Made by a program: the position numbers and the translations under genes. A stretch of 64,000 nucleotides of DNA from an uncultured Alphaproteobacteria bacterium (GTDB taxonomy: Bacteria > Pseudomonadota > Alphaproteobacteria > Rs-D84): assembly GCA_944392775.1 (NCBI GenBank), contig CALXXV010000010.1, positions 12,966 through 76,965 on the forward strand, given 5' to 3'. Positions within the stretch are counted from its first letter, which is position 1. Each line of letters opens with the position of its first letter. Shown one piece after another: positions 61,257 through 64,000 of this stretch. The notes beneath the pieces are model-generated. The model worked only from the letters and a program-made list of their open reading frames with translations, made no database searches and was not told where the DNA came from.

Positions 61257-64000
61257 TTACTCAATTCCAACTTTTATTCCTAAATTTACTAAATCATTAG
61301 CTGTATTTGTCCCTAATTCTACACCGCTAGGCAAGGCCATAGCCGCAACCTTATCAACAGCATGTAAATTTAAAACAACTTTTGTAAAACCTGGTTTCAA
61401 AGCAGTAATCGCCTTTTTTACATCCGCTAAAACATCTTTATTGTATATATCCAAAGTAATTTTTTTTGCTATCTTGGCAACCCACTGATTCAAGGGAATT
61501 ATATTATCAACAAAAACAGAAACCCTATCATCTCGATTAGAAGTTTTTCCGGAAATTAAAACAACTGTTTCAGAAGAAAGAATTTGAGCAAATTCTGCAG
61601 CAGAATCTCCAAAAGCTACGGCATCAATATTACCAAAACTATCCGACGCGTTTATTGTTATCATATCTTTTCCTGTTTTCGTTCTTCTACGAGAAAAAGA
61701 ATTTACATTTACGGCAATTCGAACAGGTTTCCTATCTCCTAAAGACTCCAATGTTGTGCTAGTAGCCAACTTTTCTCTTGCAATCAAATGTTTATACTGA
61801 TCCAACGGATGGGCAGAAATATAAAAACCTAATGCAGATAATTCATTCTCTAACCGTTGTCCAAAAGTCCAAGATGTTGTATTCGGTAAATTCTTTTTTA
61901 ATCTATCTTCCGCAACATCATCTTCAACAGTGTTTGCAAACAAAGATAATGTATTACCGCCTTCTTTTGATTTTGACGCATAAGACAAAATAGCATCAGC
62001 ATTCATAAATATTGCCGCACGATTTGGCTCCAGAGAATCCAACACGCCAACTTTTGCAAAAGCTTCTAAAATTCTTTTATTCATAATAGGAGCACAACGT
62101 TTTGCAAAATCTGTTAAATTTTTAAATTTACCGTTCGCATTTCTTTCTGCGACTATTGCATCTGTTGCAACAGTTCCGACTCCTTTAATTGCGGCCAAAC
62201 CATATATAATTTTACCGTCCCGCACAGTAAACAAAGATTCGCTAAGATTTATATCGGGTGCAATAATTTGGATACCAAAATTAGCCTTTGCATCATCTAC
62301 AAACAACGCCAACTGATCAGTATCATTTAAATTACTAGACATAGATGCAGCGATAAATTCCGGTGTATAATTTGCCTTCAAATACGCACATTGATTTGCA
62401 ACGATAGAATAGGCGATAGCATGAGATTTATTAAACGCATATTTTGCAAATTCCTTAAACTTTTCCCAAAGTTCTTTTGCTTCTTCTCGGTTCAAAGTTT
62501 GTTCTTTTTCACAACCTTCATAGAATTTACCTTCTAATTCATCCAACATTTTGGCAATTTTTTTACCCATCGCCTTACGCACGTTATCTGATTGTCCACG
62601 AGTAAACCCAGCCAAAGCACGCGTCAACTGCATAACCTGTTCTTGGTAAACTATGATACCATAAGTTTCTTTTAATATGGGTTCTGCACGTGGATGTACA
62701 TATTCAACTTTTTCCTCGCCATGCATACGCGCAATAAATTGTGGAATAAAAGCGATAGGCCCCGGTCGATTCAGCGCATTCAATGCAGAAATTTCCAAGA
62801 AACTTGTCGGGTGCATTTTACGCAAAGTCTGCTGTACAAACGGGGCATCGAATTGGAATATACCTTCTGTCATACCAGACTGCCAAAGTTTCATAGTTTT
62901 TTCATCATCAGTCGGTATTTTATCCAAATCAACATTTATACCGCGTGTTTGTTGGATTAACTTCAACGCATATTTTAAAACCGCCAACGTTTCTAATCCC
63001 AAGAAGTCAAATTTAATCAGTCCTGCAGATTCCAGATAATGCCCATCAAATTGACAAGACGGCAATTGGTTCGCAGGGTCACGATAAACAGGTGCAATTT
63101 TTGTAGTAGGGCGATCACCAATAACGACACCGCAGGCATGTTGCCCAAGATTTCGCAAAGAACCTTCCAAATCTTCCGCCACCCTTACAACTTTATCCAT
63201 ATCTTCATCATTTTTCAAAATTTCTTGAATTTCAGGCGAAGAATCTACCGCAACTTTTAAAGTTTTTGCATCTTGTGGTATTAACTTAGAAAGTCTATCA
63301 GATTTAGAGTAGGGAATTCCATAAACTCGCCCAATATCACGAATTGCTCCACGGGCTTGCAAACTACCAAAGGTAATAATACGGCAGACAGAATCATGAC
63401 CATATTTATCACAAATATAAGCTAAAACCCGTTCAATACCAGTTGGTTCAAAGTCAACGTCAAAATCCGGCATTGAGATACGGTCGGGGTTTAAGAAACG
63501 CTCAAACAGCAACCCATACTTCAAAGGATCAACATGAGTAATACCCAACGCCCATGCAACAATAGAACCGGCACCCGAACCACGACCGGGCCCTGTTAAA
63601 ATATCATTTTTTCTGCACCAATCAATATAGTCCGCAACAATTAAGAAATATCCGGGGAACCCCATATTTATAATTACGCCTAATTCAAACTCTGCCTGTT
63701 CATAGTATGGTGCGGTATCTTTTATACCATGTTGCGCCAAATTTTTTGCCAGTCCTGTCATTGTATGATCACGCAACATCTGACATTCCTGTTCCAAGTC
63801 GTTACCAAAACGTGGCAACAATGGCTTTTCATGAACATTAACAAAAAATCCGCAACGTTGCGATATTATAACGGTATTTTCTATTGCTTCTGGCAGATCC
63901 GAAAATAACTCTGTCATTTCATCAGGGGATTTAAAATATTGCTCTGACGATTTACGTGGTCTATCTGGATCAATTACTTTCGTCTGCCCCAAAACACAAC
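61257..64000 (-). CDS. dnaE: DNA polymerase III alpha subunit (C-terminal about 910 aa; the 5' end lies beyond the window)
   Basis: PHP/Pol IIIalpha core motifs (GVIGDRPTT, FDFLGLETL, IVYQEQVMQ), a fingers/HhH region and an OB-fold tail. The ORF stays open to the window edge. Confidence 0.9.
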   Translation of the reverse strand, partial: CVLGQTKVIDPDRPRKSSEQYFKSPDEMTELFSDLPEAIENTVIISQRCGFFVNVHEKPLLPRFGNDLEQECQMLRDHTMTGLAKNLAQHGIKDTAPYYEQAEFELGVIINMGFPGYFLIVADYIDWCRKNDILTGPGRGSGAGSIVAWALGITHVDPLKYGLLFERFLNPDRISMPDFDVDFEPTGIERVLAYICDKYGHDSVCRIITFGSLQARGAIRDIGRVYGIPYSKSDRLSKLIPQDAKTLKVAVDSSPEIQEILKNDEDMDKVVRVAEDLEGSLRNLGQHACGVVIGDRPTTKIAPVYRDPANQLPSCQFDGHYLESAGLIKFDFLGLETLAVLKYALKLIQQTRGINVDLDKIPTDDEKTMKLWQSGMTEGIFQFDAPFVQQTLRKMHPTSFLEISALNALNRPGPIAFIPQFIARMHGEEKVEYVHPRAEPILKETYGIIVYQEQVMQLTRALAGFTRGQSDNVRKAMGKKIAKMLDELEGKFYEGCEKEQTLNREEAKELWEKFKEFAKYAFNKSHAIAYSIVANQCAYLKANYTPEFIAASMSSNLNDTDQLALFVDDAKANFGIQIIAPDINLSESLFTVRDGKIIYGLAAIKGVGTVATDAIVAERNANGKFKNLTDFAKRCAPIMNKRILEAFAKVGVLDSLEPNRAAIFMNADAILSYASKSKEGGNTLSLFANTVEDDVAEDRLKKNLPNTTSWTFGQRLENELSALGFYISAHPLDQYKHLIAREKLATSTTLESLGDRKPVRIAVNVNSFSRRRTKTGKDMITINASDSFGNIDAVAFGDSAAEFAQILSSETVVLISGKTSNRDDRVSVFVDNIIPLNQWVAKIAKKITLDIYNKDVLADVKKAITALKPGFTKVVLNLHAVDKVAAMALPSGVELGTNTANDLVNLGIKVGIE

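Overview
This window is gene-dense, AT-rich (about one-third GC) bacterial chromosome, most likely from a host-associated alphaproteobacterium. The evidence for that placement is:
- a circularly permuted two-piece tmRNA with an ANDN... tag
- an AddA-type helicase-nuclease
- the rpsP-rimM-trmD-rplS block
- a DUF1013-like gene upstream of rpoD
- prfB with a programmed +1 frameshift

Housekeeping genes present (left to right) are lon, tsaB, rimI, obg, rubrerythrin, prfB, an amidase, peroxiredoxin, ihfB-like, a fused accD-accA, cysS, rpoD, addA, recN, xseA, tsaD, rplS, trmD, rimM, rpsP, pfk, dnaK, rplY, rsmD, tadA, gpmI, rsmH and partial dnaE. There are five tRNAs: Met-CAT, Arg-CCG, Ser-CGA, Ser-GCT and Gly-CCC.

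Accessory content:
- a polysaccharide locus at 12.4-19.1 kb (glf, two tandem GT2 paralogs, a GT8, a pyruvyl transferase and an F420H2-dehydrogenase-like protein)
- a PIF1-type helicase next to tRNA-Met
- an orphan phage tail-fibre-like gene next to tRNA-Arg
- an Atl-type alkyltransferase-like gene
- several secreted/surface proteins, including two paralogs with Ser/Thr-rich linkers

The most notable items are:
- A giant secreted cysteine-rich repeat protein gene fills 1..2807 on the minus strand. It is absent from the supplied ORF track and carries a local frame disruption at 1021-1083.
- A permuted tmRNA lies at about 8.4-8.7 kb.
- The lon gene ends exactly where the protease domain should begin.
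- The prfB frameshift site uses UAA instead of the canonical UGA.
- accD and accA are fused.
- addA is split into a helicase ORF and a small nuclease ORF, with no addB next to it.

No CRISPR array, integrase or transposase is visible.
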